Origin: Dimorphilus gyrociliatus
Taxonomy: Eukaryota > Animalia > Annelida
Direction of reading: 5' to 3'
NCBI GenBank assembly: GCA_904063045.1
Contig: CAJFCJ010000024.1
Coordinates: 310,001-374,000 of the forward strand
DNA length: 64,000 nucleotides
Under the pieces are notes generated by a model. It was not told the origin of the DNA. It saw only the letters and a program-made list of their open reading frames with translations, and ran no database searches. Below, in pieces: positions 1-14,700 of the stretch; position 1 is the first letter of the stretch; every line of letters starts with the position of its first letter. A program made the position numbers and the translations under genes.

Positions 1-1797
1 CAGTTGACTTAAAATAGAAACCTATTGTATATACGTATTTATTTATAAAAACTGCTTAAGCCTCTAAATAAGTAATCTTTTATATGACTATTGTCTTATT
101 AACTGTTGATATCTATAAGAAGTAACGGTTACACGTAATTGTAATAAAACTATTTATAAATATTATTAGTAAATTATAGCTAATAGCTACATGTTATGGC
201 CGAAAAAACTAGAAGTTGGACAGTAATATGTCTATATATGAGAGAATGAATAGAAATTTAGGTTATGCTAATAACGTGTTAATATTTGTGGCTTAGTTTG
301 ATTAGCCTTTAGGTTGCAGAAAAAGAAATAGCATGTCTTTTTTTATCTCTAAAAACTTTAATAAATCTGTTTTCTTTTTCAAAAATACTCCTGTTTATTT
401 TTTACTGTTATATTTTTTATATCAATATTTAGTTTTACAGAGAGCCAATCTATTCTAAGAAGAGAGTATTGCATTATAAAGGATTCATTATTTATTATCC
501 TTGAACTTTAACCTTAACTTTCTCTCTCATATCCCTCTTTAGTTGGTATTTTTTCCTTGCCAATTGTAAAGATTATGTGAGGTATATAGAGAAAACATTT
601 GCATGTTCTCTGTCTTCACTTTTCTATCAATCTCTATTCCTCTCTCTTTTTCTCTCACTCTTTCGCTCTCTCATCTGTCTGTCAGTCTCTCTCTCTCTAT
701 CTCTATCTCTTTCTCTTCCTACTCTATTCTATTTTATGTGAACCCTTATTTAAACATCTGAAAATATCTTTGTAGAAACCTTTCAAAATTTGCTTTTAAC
801 CAATCTTTTAACTGTAAAAAATATCTGGCTAAATCCTTTCATTTCTCCACTAGCAGGCTCTATTGACCCGAACTAGTGCTGTAATGCAGCATAATAATCA
901 GCGAGTTACCTATAGTAGGCTGGCATTTACTGCGTAATAATCCTACAGTCATAATAACTAAAGCTTAAGACGAAGCATTAATCTTTCTATCCGAAAGATT
1001 TATAGTAGAACGTAGAATTGTGGAAAGATTATAATAATAGCTAAGAAAAAATAATATTTATTAACATAGCTCGTAAAAAAATTTCTTAGTCAGTGTGTAT
1101 GTATTATTCATTATTTAACTAGTAAAGAGAGCGTTACGGGTGGGGGGTAAGGAAGGAAAAAAAAATAACTTGCTCCTTAAAATCTTATATAGGCCGATTA
1201 TTTGTCAGAATGCATATACACACTCTTTATACAATAAATACATTATGGCATATAGTATTAAGATTGATATTAAAGAGTAGAAAAGAGAGAAATTTGGTCG
1301 ATTAGTTATTGATTTTATATATATTTGATAATATATATATATAATATATTAGTACTATATATAAACTATTTTGTGGAAAAGCATGAAATATAAGTTAATA
1401 TAAGTATAACTGATAAAGAATACTTTTTTTATTAGAACTCAATAAAAAATTGAAAATTACTAATAAATTCGAGACTTGAATAGAATAAACTTGTATTTTT
1501 TATACTTTATTTATGTATACATTCTATTTTATTATGTAATTTAAACTAAATTTTGTCCTTGTAATGCTTTTATACTAGTTTTTTTTATTTCTTTGCTTTC
1601 TAAAATAGATATTTTGACCGATTATGGTAAAACATTAACTACAATAGCAAAACATAACTAGGACTTTGTTAAAATCAAGTAAAAGGTCATTCAAAGTTCC
1701 CTTTTTCTCTTCTATATAGATTCTTCTAAAGTAGAAAAAACACTTTTTTCTCTTTTCTATTCGTTTCTAAATTCATTATTTCTAGTGCAGCTTTGTT

Positions 1798-4732
1798 TTA
1801 TACTCTAGTTAAGGGATGTTGACCTCTAATTGGTTTAGGGTTCAATTGATATTGATACTTTGGTGTTTGTGGATCATAGTTTTCGGGTCTTCTTAATCCT
1901 GGTCCTTTAACATTCAATATCGTACTGGCGTATGCTCCAAAATAATTGCTAAACCTCGATTTTGGTAGGATTCCTCCAGCATAGATTCTGATTTTACCTG
2001 GAAATAGTTTAAAACCATTTTCCTTGTCTTGGAAGATTGACAAATGTTTTTTTGTTAATGTAAATGTTTCAGTTATTGGTCTACCAATGGTGGCAGGTAG
2101 ATCTTTTCTCTTAAATGCTACAAGCTCAATGTTTGGCATGGGGAAAGGAGTTTCCAACCATTCTACGTAGACTTGAATAATCTCGTCGCAAGAAACTCTC
2201 CCTATATTCTTTACCATTACCGTTACAGAAATAGCCTCTGAGTCCTGCATGGATGTGCTGATTTGGGACGGATACACTGACACATTATAATAGTGGAATT
2301 TAGAATAAGATAAACCATAACCGAATGGAAATAGGGGTTCTCCTCGAAAGTATCTATAAGTATGACCTGAGACTTGCATATCGTAGCTTTCAATGGAATC
2401 TATCGCAGTAGCATTTGCATGCCAAGTGAATGGTAATCGACCGGAGGGTGTAGAAAACTGACCAAATTTTGTCAGTATACTGAAAAATGAATAATACTTA
2501 AAACTATCTATATACTGTATACAGTATAAATTTATACGACGGAAGGTGTCTCTACTCAGTGGTAAAATTTAAAACCAAACTTACCGATAGATGGCATGAC
2601 CGGTCATCTGACCCGGATAAAGGCAAGCCAAAATAGATTTAACTTGATTTGATTTCACAGCTAGTGTAATATTTAAAGGACCTCCGGAAAATAGTAGTAG
2701 GACAATTGGTAAATTTTTCTTAGAAGCCAAAAGAATCGATTTTTTTAACATATATTCCTGGTTTTCGGGTAGATTCAATGTTTTTCGATCATTTCCAGTT
2801 CCCTCCAATTCAGAACCTAATTTTTAAGATAAAGCCAAAAAGAAATAAAACGATATTAAAAGCCTATCAATATTGAAATATAGCATATTTTACAAACCAG
2901 TCCCAAGCGTTAAAATTACTAGTGAAGCGTCATTTTTGAAAGCCTTGTCCAATAATCCATCAATTTGTTCTTCATCCGAATCTCCACAGGCTGGAGTATT
3001 ACAAATGTTATGTGGATAAGTCTTGTTAGCCAAGAAAACTATTCCGTCATGAACAGATGACCCAAATTGGTTATCAGCATAGGCAGCAGCATTTCCGTAT
3101 ACAAACTGTAAATTGTTTATGAATGGACCAAGTAATATAGTACCACGACTTTTAACTGATTCGCTTAAGGGAAGGAATCCATTGTCGTGCTTGATTTCAT
3201 TTTTTAACAAAACTATAGATTTTAGCGCGGCTTCCAACGCTAATTGGTTGTGTTCTTCGTGTTGAACTTCCGTAAATGGTATATTTCTATGTAGAGGAAA
3301 ATAAAGGATACCAAGAACCAAGTTAAATGTAGAATTACTCAAATAAGTTCATTTTATACTACTTACTGATATGGATGGAATTGATCAAATTCTCCTAATT
3401 TCATCCGTATCGTAAATAATTTTGCAACACTTTCCCTAATTTCCGAAACACTTAATTCCTTAGTTTGGATAAAATTCTTCAAATGGTACATACTATATCC
3501 TCCACTTTCAAGATTAACACCATTTTTAAAAACATCAAAGGCTGCTTTTGAAACATTTCCATATAATTTACTTTGTAAGAGATTTGAAATGGCTCTATCT
3601 TCTGCAACAATAACTCCCTTGAAGTTCAATTTATCTCTTAGAATTTCTTTTTGTGCTCTATGGACACACGACGGTGTACCGTTGAACCTGTGATTTGTAC
3701 ACATAATTGTTGATGCTCCGGCTTCTACACATTCTTTAAATGGTGGTAAGAAGGTAAGATAAAAGTCACGATCGGAGACTTTTATAGTTGAATCATACAT
3801 TGAGTTCTCTATGTGACAATATTTTCAATAGACAGTTGGTATTACGTTAAATCAATTTCTATCTTACCTGGCCCACTGTGTGCTATGAAATGTTTACAAC
3901 CGGCTGACACTTTCAAATATTTAGGATCATCACCCTGAATACCGGTGATAAAAGCTCTAATCATTGTTTTAACTAGTTCAGGATCCTCGCCATAGGTTTC
4001 CTGATTTCGACCCCAAAGAGGATGTCTCATGATATTTGCAACTGGAGCAAAACAATTTAGTCCATGATTAGTTACTTCAGCGTTCCTTAATTCTTTCGAC
4101 TTTTTGTTGATTGCTCGAATTTCATCTCCAATAGCGCTTGCAACTCTTTTAACTAGGTCGGGATCGAACGTGGCGGCTAGATTAATAGAATGAGGAAATC
4201 CAGTTCCTTTGGTTCCAACCTGCCCATGAAGACATTCCGTGTGCCATGCAAAAGCTTTAATACCTAATGACTCAATAGGTAAGGTTGTACCCTGTCTAGC
4301 ATATGTACTCATATGTAAAAGTCGATTTAATCCAAGATGTAAGACCAAGTTTTTAGCTCTTTGTTCAAAACTTAACGATTCATTAAAATAATCATTGACA
4401 ATAGCAATGTTTTTCTCCTTGTAAACGAATGCGTTTCGTAACCTATCATATTTTTCAAGTTTATTTTTTGGGTCTTCCTCCTTAGCACCAAGTACTCCAG
4501 CCAAAGAATCTTCCGATTCAGTATATTTAAGCGAATTTAGTTTACCTTTATCAATAGTTCTTAGAGGTTTATCTGGTTTTTTATTTTCTGAAACATGTTT
4601 CTCCGGCGTTTCACTCCTTTTAAAACTTCTACTTGTAAAAGTAAGTATAATGATAATCAGAGCAGAAACTACTACAAATTTTTTCAAGTTGCATAACGGA
4701 GGCTTAGGCCTATCTAAATAATTTCTTTTCAT
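1798..4732 (-). CDS. Glycoside hydrolase family 3 beta-xylosidase/arabinofuranosidase-like protein, about 869 aa, with N-terminal type II membrane anchor
   Basis: Five exons with GT-AG introns, frame preserved: 4732-3868, 3808-3367, 3286-2898, 2816-2585, 2479-1798. GH3 motifs seen: WHTECLHG, FPHSINLAATFD, WGRNQETYGEDP, CKHFIAHSGPEN, ELEGTGNDRKTLNLP, PSGRLPFTW, RYFRGEPLFPFGYGLSY, and a C-terminal Fn3-like domain. Hydrophobic FVVVSALIIIILTF lies near the N-terminus. Confidence 0.93.
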
Positions 4733-5837
4733 TTTCTTTTATAAATTAATTATAAAAATATATATATGGTTTTGTTGCTATACTCTCCCTAGATATCTCG
4801 CTACAGACAGAAAGAATTTCGAGATTGAATAGTATTGATATTTAAATAAAACTCAATAGAGCGTGGCAAGTCTGAGTGAGAGGGTATATATATGGCCCAG
4901 GATTATTGAATACGTTCTTTTCACCTAAGGTAGGCCTTCATCTTTAAATAACTTTTTTTTTTCTTTTTTCTTCTTTTTCTAGAATCTTCTATAATTCAGA
5001 GCTAAAAATAGAATATCGCAAACTACGATAAATGAGAGATGTTAGGTGATAATGTTTGATAATTGTTGCATTTGTATTAGTTTTCTTTTCTAAGTTTTGG
5101 CTGTTGAGAAATATAAAATGAAAGAACAGATTCTGTGGAATTTGACGATACGAGAAACAAGGATATATTCTAGTTTTGTTTATCGCTATTATCGCCAAGA
5201 GACTTTAGAAGCACCATTTATTTTTCTTTCATGATTTCCCTTTCGTTTCCAAATGAAGTTTTAGAGTTTGAAGAAATATTAATCAGTTATAACTTATCAT
5301 TTACAGTTAGAGCGTTTGTTTACCTATTATATTAATACTAGGATTTGAAAATTAACTAATTAATTTTGTCTTCATTGGCCGATTTAAACTTTAAATTTTC
5401 CCCTAATTGAAGTTCAGTTAATTGGAATTACAGTCCAACACTCTGGGGAATTTTATGCAAATGATGCAATTAATGTGGGAGTTTGGTAAAATTGTACTTT
5501 TTTCTTTTATCTTTTCCTTTATCGTTTACTATCAGATAACATTTATTTTTTACCATTTCCTTTATATTTTTTAGTATTGACCTTATTATTTGTATATTTA
5601 TAGATATTCTTTATATAGAAAATAATATCTGTTAACTAATTCATTTAGTATAACTATATAATAATATAGTTAGTACTGAAAAAATGGTTTAAAAATGAAT
5701 AAAAATCCTTTTTTTTTGTTTAATAAAGAAATATTTGTCCATAATCCCAAATCAAGAGGAGGAAGGGAAGATAACTTAACTGAGTTCTTATCTGTGTGAG
5801 AGGAAGCAGAGAACAATCAGGAAAAGGGCGCATTCGA

Positions 5838-5839
<2 letters not shown>

Positions 5840-5872
<33 letters not shown>
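5840..5872. repeat. (GA)n microsatellite
   Basis: Uninterrupted GA run seen directly. Confidence 0.95.
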
Positions 5873-5877
<5 letters not shown>

Positions 5878-6326
5878 GACATAGACATAGACAGTAAGAG
5901 ACTTTTTTAGACGTATCAATTTTTCCAATTCCTTTGGCTTTGTTTTATATTTCCATTGGACTTTTGGAGAATTACCACAAAATCAGACTAAATAAACGAC
6001 ATTTAACCTTAGCTGTCTTTAGATGTGAAGAAAAATTACCAGGAAATCTGGGTGTGAATGTTAAATGTAATAGTATAGACTTGTAGACAAATAACATTCT
6101 TAGCGAAAACAATCTCTATGTTTTCCTTAATAAAATCAGACAATTACAGAAGAGAAAAGATTAAAAGAAGAATTAAGAATAGAAAATTAGAGAAAGGCAA
6201 AGCGGGAGTTGAAAAAAGTAGTACGTAGGTGATTAATTAAGGGTAATAAAATATAGTCATAGTAAAATAGAATATAAATCAAATTTATAGGCCTAAATTA
6301 TAATTCAATGTTAAGAAAAGAAGTAA

Positions 6327-8767
6327 TCAGACACAAAGAACGTCCTCTAGTGGCAGCCTATCCCTAATCAATCGATGCTCCTTGCCGTATTCATCCCATA
6401 ATCCGCAAGCGATTTCGGCCGACGCCATTTCGCCAATGTTCTTCGCTACTAACCAACAGATAAAAACCCCATCTTGCTTGAGATACTCGGAGACAAATTT
6501 TTCCGTTATAATTTCAGTTTCTTTAGTTATTCGACCAAAAGTTTTTAACTGGAGCGTGATTAGATATCCCATATAAAATTCATCCTTCACCTTTCCCATC
6601 TCCCTTTTTTTTACTTATTAATAACGAAATATTTAATTTAGGAATTTTTAAAATATTATAGAAAATGTTAAACGTTAACGCTTCTTTGATATTATAAAAC
6701 ATTATAGTATCTCATTTTTGAAGAATTGTCTCGAGAATGTAATTATTCAAGTAATGATTAAGAAAATATAATAGGGAATTGTTCTAAGTCACGCTCCTGT
6801 TTCCGAATGTATATAACTCTTGCTGTATAACCGCCAATTCGTTTTATCCACTGCAGTAAAGAAAAAAAGCTAACAACGGCCAGGAAGACAAACCAAAACC
6901 ATAGGAATAAATAAATCTTCTCATTGAATAGGTTAATCGGCAGGACACATTGCACAGTATGGCTGTGCTGGGTTGCTAACCTTCTTACTATAAAGTCACA
7001 CATTGTGACTCTTGGAAATATTTGGGAGGATTTCGCCCAAGCGTTATTGCCTTCTAGAAGTGACGTAATTACATGAACCCCGTACATATGATAGTCAGTT
7101 CCCAAAAAGAGATTCAATAGGAATAATTGGGCAACAGCATTCACGACGTATAATAGTTTCACCCCTAAATATGTGCAGGTTAAATAGTTTCCATGTAAAG
7201 TGGACGCAACGCACAGACAGCGTTTAGCCAAGGATGCATAGAGACGCTTGGCGCAATTCTTATGCTCAATGCGTTTGTGTTCGTGAGAGCAGAGGTGGCG
7301 TTCCAGATGAGACAGTAAATAGCGCATTGTCCTTTCTCTAGAAGCTTCGTACGGTCCTCGACTACAAGATAGAGCGCTGTCCATGACAGTGTTTAAATTA
7401 ACACCCGACTTCCGCCTAATTAGACGCCAGACGACACATGGTAGGAAACAAAGTATCGCCTGTGAAATAAAACAAAAATAAATATATAAAAGGAATGAAA
7501 CTACAGTGATAAATGAGCCTAAATATACAAATTTATATAGTATGTATAATAAATAAGCGTAGGTATCAGTGACTTATTTGCAATTATTTATATATGATTA
7601 TATATGCTTTACTTGAATGGAAAATTTTTAGGCTAAATTCTAAAGATTTATATGCATCATATATCCTAAAAAGAATATTATGTTTACATTCAGAAAAAGC
7701 TTTTTATTCTTCAAATGAGGCAAAAGGATGGATATTGTTATATTCGATATAAACAAATGACTCCCAAAAGTTCTTTAGCCCAACTAAATTATCTTCTGAA
7801 CGGAATATTATGGAAATACTGTATAATAATCATTATGTTAAAAAAGCTTACAAATCCTTTCCAGGTGAAATTTTCCAATAGAAGTATAAGCCCTTTTATA
7901 AAAGTTTAGGCCGTCATTTGCATAATTTTCTCATAAGTTACACTAATCTCACCTATGATTAATCTAAATATAAATTCATGTATACAATAAGGTACCAAAC
8001 GACCTCTTTATGTAAACTAGTAGTATTTACTATCTAAAATTAGGCCTAATATTTATAATTTGTTATTTAAACACGAACAATTAAGACATTAGTACGATTT
8101 GTATGAAGTAAATGACTGTTATGACTGACTATTTAATCATGTATAGCATCCATGGGACGGAAGAGAGAGCCTTGCTAGCTTACATATAGAGGCTGGAAAG
8201 TAGAAATTTACAATCCGGCGCCTAAATAAGTTATTATTTATTATATATATACAAAACTAAAATACGTATAGTGTGTAAATTCTGTATATATCAAATATAT
8301 ATAAGATGTCCTAAAGTGTAAGGGAATTTTATATATTCATATATACAGTTTATACTGTTTGAATACATGCTGCTTAGATAGTATAACGTATATCTATTGA
8401 GTTATTATTCAATATAAAGGTAAACTAAACTGCTTACCTGTGATATTAGTAACATTGGTACCCATTGGTAATAAGCAATATGCATTTTCTGAGCGTCTTT
8501 GTTTGGGAGGCGCTTAACTTTGGTCGGAACGTAGTAGGTATTAACAACCCAACAAACGTTATTGGCATACTTCTCGTGATTGTGAGTAAACTGAGCCGGT
8601 AGCCAACAATGTATAGGTTCACCAACGTATTGCTTCGTACTGACTAGGAGGGCAAACAGCACCAAAAACGAAGTTGTATAACGTCTTGATAACCTATCGA
8701 CCCAATCGTCATCCAATCTGGTTTTAATCTCGCCTATCGTCGCCAAGGCACCAACCACTTTATCCAT
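6327..8767 (-). CDS. inx: Innexin (gap junction/pannexin family), about 427 aa
   Basis: Exons 8767-8438, 7459-6793, 6613-6327. The last junction is tentative (GTGACT donor, AAG acceptor) but in frame. Motifs: DDWVDRLS, QYVGEPIHCWLP, YYQWVP, FPRVTMCDF, VQCVLPINLFNEKIYLFLWFW, and C-terminal F..EYLKQDGVF..L. Confidence 0.95.
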
Positions 8768-11700
8768 GATTTAGAGATGGCGACCTTAAAGGTTGGCTTT
8801 GGCTTCAAATTATTACAAAGAGTTTCAAGTTTTTCAATAAACTTGTTGTATAAAGTAGAGAAAAAGTAAGGAATGATTTTCCTGGTTTAAATGAAAAGAC
8901 ACACAAAGTTGAGAAAATTCGGGGCGTCAGGTTGATTGCTGAGCGTCGAATGAATCGATTATGGTTAAAGGGGGAGGGGTTTGTGTTGGTAAATGATGAG
9001 ACGTTACTATCTGATAAAGTGCTTTCTATTTGTCCACCGACAGATGTTCATTTTTATGAATATAGAATTAATGGAGGCTTTTATGAGTTTTGTTCATAAT
9101 CCTAGCCGTCGATTAGTAACGGTTGATTAAAAATCGACAAGAGATGGAGCTACCAGTTAAATAAGTTATTCCATCAAATTATTTGGCAGGTGGCGTCCAA
9201 GTAGTTGAATTCAATTTAAGTCAACTCCTTTTTTTTCTGGAGGCCTTTGTGATTGTACTGATTTTTTACAATTGATTCAGCATCCTTAAAGAACCCTTGA
9301 CACTTTCATCTCCGTATTAGCTTTTAAACAGACAGAGTTTTCGTCTAGAATCAATTCTTCAATAGAGAATTCAGGCTTTTCATATTCATTTCAAATGATT
9401 CAACCCGCTAACAAGTTTAATTATCATGGCTATATGATTTTAACACTGTTGACGAAAACTAACATAATCACAAGATGGCATTGTTAGTAATAATAGATAA
9501 AAAATATGTTGCACTCAAAAGTTGATTTGAGAGAGCCGAAGTAGTAAACAAATTTACAAGTTTGAAGAAAATGAAAATTAGTAGACTGATGAAGATGGAA
9601 CGTAAATCTTGTGCTAATAATCAGACAAGTTCATTTAATTATCATATCTATCTTCAATAAGATAAAAGAGAATATTTAAATTCTTAAGAAAAGAAAGAAA
9701 GAGAAAAAAGGAAGCTGAGGTAAAAGTTAATAAAAATAAAACAAACTAGATATTCAGACAAACAAAACTAAGATAATTAACATTTTATTAAAATAAACAC
9801 TCTATATATAGAAAAAAAGGATTTCTCATTTTTATGTCATTTAATAATTGATAAATTTAATAATTTTCTTGTTATTCTTAATTAGCATTTCTTTGTTTTT
9901 ATTTATTATTTTATTAATTAGCAGGTTAATTAAGGCTACTATGCGTTGTATGCTTGATTCTTTTTTTTCAATAAGGCTCAAAAAGAGAAATGAGGTAGAA
10001 ATGATTGTTAATAGAATGCGTAGGTGTTTCTTTAATAACTTTAAAATAATACTTAAACCAATCTAACAATTATATCATTTTTATTTAATTTTAAGTTATA
10101 ATCTGTATGAGAGTGATAGAGAGAGTGATGAACTAGAAGACGGATGAAAGTAGGAGAAGGAAGGATAGCAGCCGCTGATGAGTGTAATAAATTTAAACGT
10201 AGATAGGTTTACCTATTATACACAGTATATATATATATATATATTTAAATTTGACAGAACTCCTATTCATATATAAGAATGCATTTATGCTAGACATGCA
10301 TGAATAAACGGTTTAACATAAAAACTATATCTATTTTCGGAGTTACATATGCTAAATTAAAGAGTATCATGATTCAAAAATGAACCTTGTAGTCTTCTCC
10401 TATTCTTTTCGTCTATAATGTGTTAGTTATTAGGGCGCTTTTTTGCTTGGCGTTTGTATTTTTAATTGATAAATATTTTAATTCGATCCTCTTGTAAAAA
10501 AGAAAAAAATATTCTAAAGTAATGCCGTCGACATATTAAAAAAGATCGAGCAAATCGTCTCTGCACTGACTGCAATAAAGCTCGAGAGAGCGTCGAGAAA
10601 AGGCAACAGTAAATTTTTACTGCAAAGAAGAATGATGCGTCGGACTGCTAGTATGGACCGACTTTTATCATCCTCATTTTCTTTGGAAGGATGCCATTAC
10701 GTTTTATTGGTTCATGGGTCACCTGTTAAAAGGACTCCATCTTATGTAACAATTGAGGTAATTTTTGACTATTCATTCTTTTATAGGCGTTGTTTTTCTA
10801 TAACTTGTCCTTATATAGTTTTATATATGTATATCATAAACTCTATATTGCGGCACTCTACAAAAAGTACATTGTAAACATTTTGCCCTCAATGTGCACC
10901 TGCGTCGGGTCGATTACAAAAACTGAGTCGTGACAAACGTCCCATGTAATTGGTTCCTATGAGAAAAGAAACGGGTATAAACTTTGGAAAGGGATTTTAA
11001 ATAGATATTAAAAAGAATTATTAAAGAGATTAAAAGAAATACTTTTGACAACGAAATAAATATCATTGATTTTTCATTATTCAATAATATTAATAATCAT
11101 TTTCACTTGTTTTTTCGTAAGTTCTTTTAGACTCAGAATAGAAACTACGGAGTATAAAGTACATAATAAGATGAAGATACTTTATTAAGTATGAAATGAC
11201 ATGTGAATATTTTTTCATTTACGAAATCCAGACAGTTAATCGATTTGTTTCGAACTGTATACCGAATAACCTTGGTATTTATTGGGTTTTTTTCCTATCA
11301 AATTATTCTCTTCTCCCAGAGTTTTTAAATAGAGTTTATTAATTGAAAAAAATTCGACAACTACAGACTAAAATATAGAGTATTTAGGGGAATGTTGAAG
11401 CTGATAGTCTCCTCTAGATTCTCCTAATTTTGAAAGGCTATAAATAGTAACTACGTACAATGCGCACTAAAAATGATGTACTACTCTTTGTGTATATTAT
11501 CTTTATGATTATATAATAAGTCTACTGATCTTTTTTCTTGACTCTTTCTTTTACAATTTCATTATTTTTTAATATCTGAGATTTATTCTTACAAAATTTT
11601 AGTCTTTGTATCTTTGTTATTCAAGATTTTTTCTAAAACTAACAATACTAATAAGGTAGAATAATTAATTTTTTTAATAACACATTATTCTTGATCATAT

Positions 11701-14700
11701 AGTACTTGATTTCATTTCTCCTCATTTCTTTATCTTGTCTATTTTTACTAACTATAGTTTCTTGCGTTTAAGACATTTCTTAAAGATTTTGCGGTATAGG
11801 TTATTCTCTTAATAAGGTTTCATTTATTTTTAATATTGAAACTGTTTCCAAGAAATAAAATACACTTTTTTCTTGTATCCAGGGTAATTTTCTCTCTCTA
11901 AATTAAATGCAATAGTTGCACTGTAGAATATCTAAAAAAGGTGACTTTCAAAAGCGATAGAAACTGTATCACAGGAAAGTTTCTTTTAATTTAAATCTAG
12001 TAAGAGAAAAGTAGAAATGTCATATTTGCTATTTTTTCAATGGCAAAAATACTCGGAAAAAGATATTTTCAAACTTCAAAGATACAGAGGGAGAATACAT
12101 TTTTTATCCATATTTATCTTCACTTTCCACTAGACTCTTATCTATCGATACAATCGATATCTTATACTGTAGGGGTTAATACCGTATAATAACGCCGCTG
12201 ACCGTGCTCCATATAGTATAAATCCATTTGATTTATCTTTCCATTTCAAGTTATCCTATCTTTTGCTATATTTCCATAAACAGGAAAATAAGAAACTTTT
12301 TAATCATTTCTTTGAATACTCTCATCGTCCTCTTTCCTCGCCTTAACTCCCCTTAGTCCATCCCTCTTCCCAAGTCAACCAAAAAGTGGAAAAATAGTCG
12401 AAATTCAGCGATAGATGGCATTATATATGAATTATGGAATATTAATCTTTATTACTGTTTTGTAAAAATTTTAAGAAATGAAGATAAAAACATAATGAAG
12501 AAAAAATCAATGGGAGAGAGAAAAAAAATTAATACAGCTTTGAGTACTTTATTTTTATCGAAATGTAATATTTTAAGGTATAGAAAAAAGTGGCCAATAC
12601 AATTAATTGATCTATTATATAAAATACTCAATAAAAAACATAGTTTTTCCTTTCTGAACTTAGTTCACTTTCTCTCTCTAGCCCCTCCCCCCTCCCCTCC
12701 CTCCTCCCTAGCTGTATCTACCTCTGTCCATCTATGTATATGCCTTCGTATAGAATAGTTTTTCTTTATCTCTTGATGTTACATGTACTAGTTATTTGAA
12801 ATTAGAATTATAGAGGTATTCGGCGAGTTACTATTGAAGTCATGATGGTGAAAATCTAAGTAAATAAAAAATGGAGGTATACGTAAGTAAACATGAGTTT
12901 TCATAGTACTTATGTAATTTTAAAATAGAGCTGAACATATAAATCTTTTACTAGTAATATATGAATATTTTTTCATTTCATTCTTGTGACGAAATAGATT
13001 TCTTATCACTTTGTCTTTATAATAAAAAGAAAAAGAATTTTAAACGACGAGTGAAACGATAATCTTACATAAGTAATCAAGTGGAATCGCTTTTATAAAA
13101 TATCCAATGAAGATTGTACCTATCTCTGACATACATATTATTTGTAACAAAATATGTTGGAATAGGAATGATGGGAAAGAAGAGCACTACAAGATGGCAG
13201 CATGAGTCGTTTTTCTTACATAGCGCAGTTTGATTTTATATGCGACTACTACATATAAATTATATATATAGACAGTATATATATTTTTTCATTTATAAGG
13301 AGTGTAGGATAGAGAGCAAGAGAAAAATATTGCTTTAGAAGTCGACTTAAAAGAGGGATTCGACACGAAAGGGTCAACTGTGCAATGATAAAGAAATAGA
13401 AATATGCGTAGCATATGCCCCTAGAAATAACAACACCCTCCTTCTTTTTTTATAGTTGGAGTAAAGAAACAGGATAAGGGATAACATAAATACTAAAGGA
13501 AGAAAATATTTACTTACAATATTTATTTAATTTAAAACATTAGGAGAAAGAATAGAGCTATCAGTATTATAATTAATCCGGATCGAATTGACCCGAATCG
13601 GCGCTCGGCGTGGAACGGCTTAACGCCAATTAGGCAGCCAGCTTCAATCGACCCTTCGAATCTTGTAGTGTGCCATATGCTTCTATAAAGATAAGATTAT
13701 CCGTTCTTGTCACACTTAGTTATACTACTCGGGAAATAGTTTAGAGTAGACTCATCCAATTTTTCTTATCTATTACGTAATAGGGCTATTAAGCGAGAAA
13801 GAAACAGTTTTATTAAGTGAGATTATATAATAATGTAGAAAGTAGAAGGCAGAAGGAGAAAGAGTTAGGAGTGATTCGAGGGGAAAAAAGCAATCATGGT
13901 ATGATGTTATTACGCGTGTTCTATTGTGGATCATAAATATCTTTGATTCCGGATAGAAGCAGGTGCGAACGAATTCTTAAAGACCGATTTATCTTTACGC
14001 GCCTTCAAGACGCGCCTGATACCCGACTCAACACGTGCTTTTAATTTAACAACAACGTTTTTCCTACTGCAACTGGCTAGCAGATTACAAACATTCGCTT
14101 TGGTTTGCCAGCTCCCGTACGCCTCTTAAAAATAGATAGTTGGTAAAGGTTGCCGGTGAAAGGTTTTACTCTATTGGGGCCTCCCATTTCCGATTAAATA
14201 CAACATTTTAATTCTTATTTAATTTTCTTGAGGTATATGTAATCGATACGTTTTTACCGTTAATTATTTCTAAGCTGTAAGCCGTATAATTAATTTCGTA
14301 TGGATGAGGAAGGGGGGGAGGAATCTAATCGTTTGAATAATATGTTTTAATCGCAAAACCCTTTGAGGAATTCAAGATTAGATTCATAACTTGTCTTATT
14401 GAAATTTACACAGATAGTGATTAGCTGAAATATTTAACTAATGGAATTCAATTTATTTATTGATTTCTATTATTTTTATAGTAATGAACAAGATATTTTT
14501 CTTTCTAAATTAGAAACAGTACTTTTTCTAGTAAACCTCTAGTTTTTATTAATGTAGACAGAGATGAGTTTCCTTCTTGTTGTATAAACATATAAAAACA
14601 AGCTAACGTTTTACTTATTCTTCATCTTCTATAAAAAAAAACGTCACTATTCGATAAAGCATCGCAAGACTGATTAGATTAATAGGTCTATGCAAAAATC

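Noticed and set aside
830-1000. GC-richer patch with a short minus-strand ORF and GTAACT donor
   Set aside because: It may be the first exon of a gene outside the window, but there is no recognisable protein motif.
10121-10180. C-box (TGATGA) and D-box (CTGA) arrangement suggesting a snoRNA
   Set aside because: No terminal stem and no recognisable rRNA/snRNA antisense element. Such motifs are frequent by chance.
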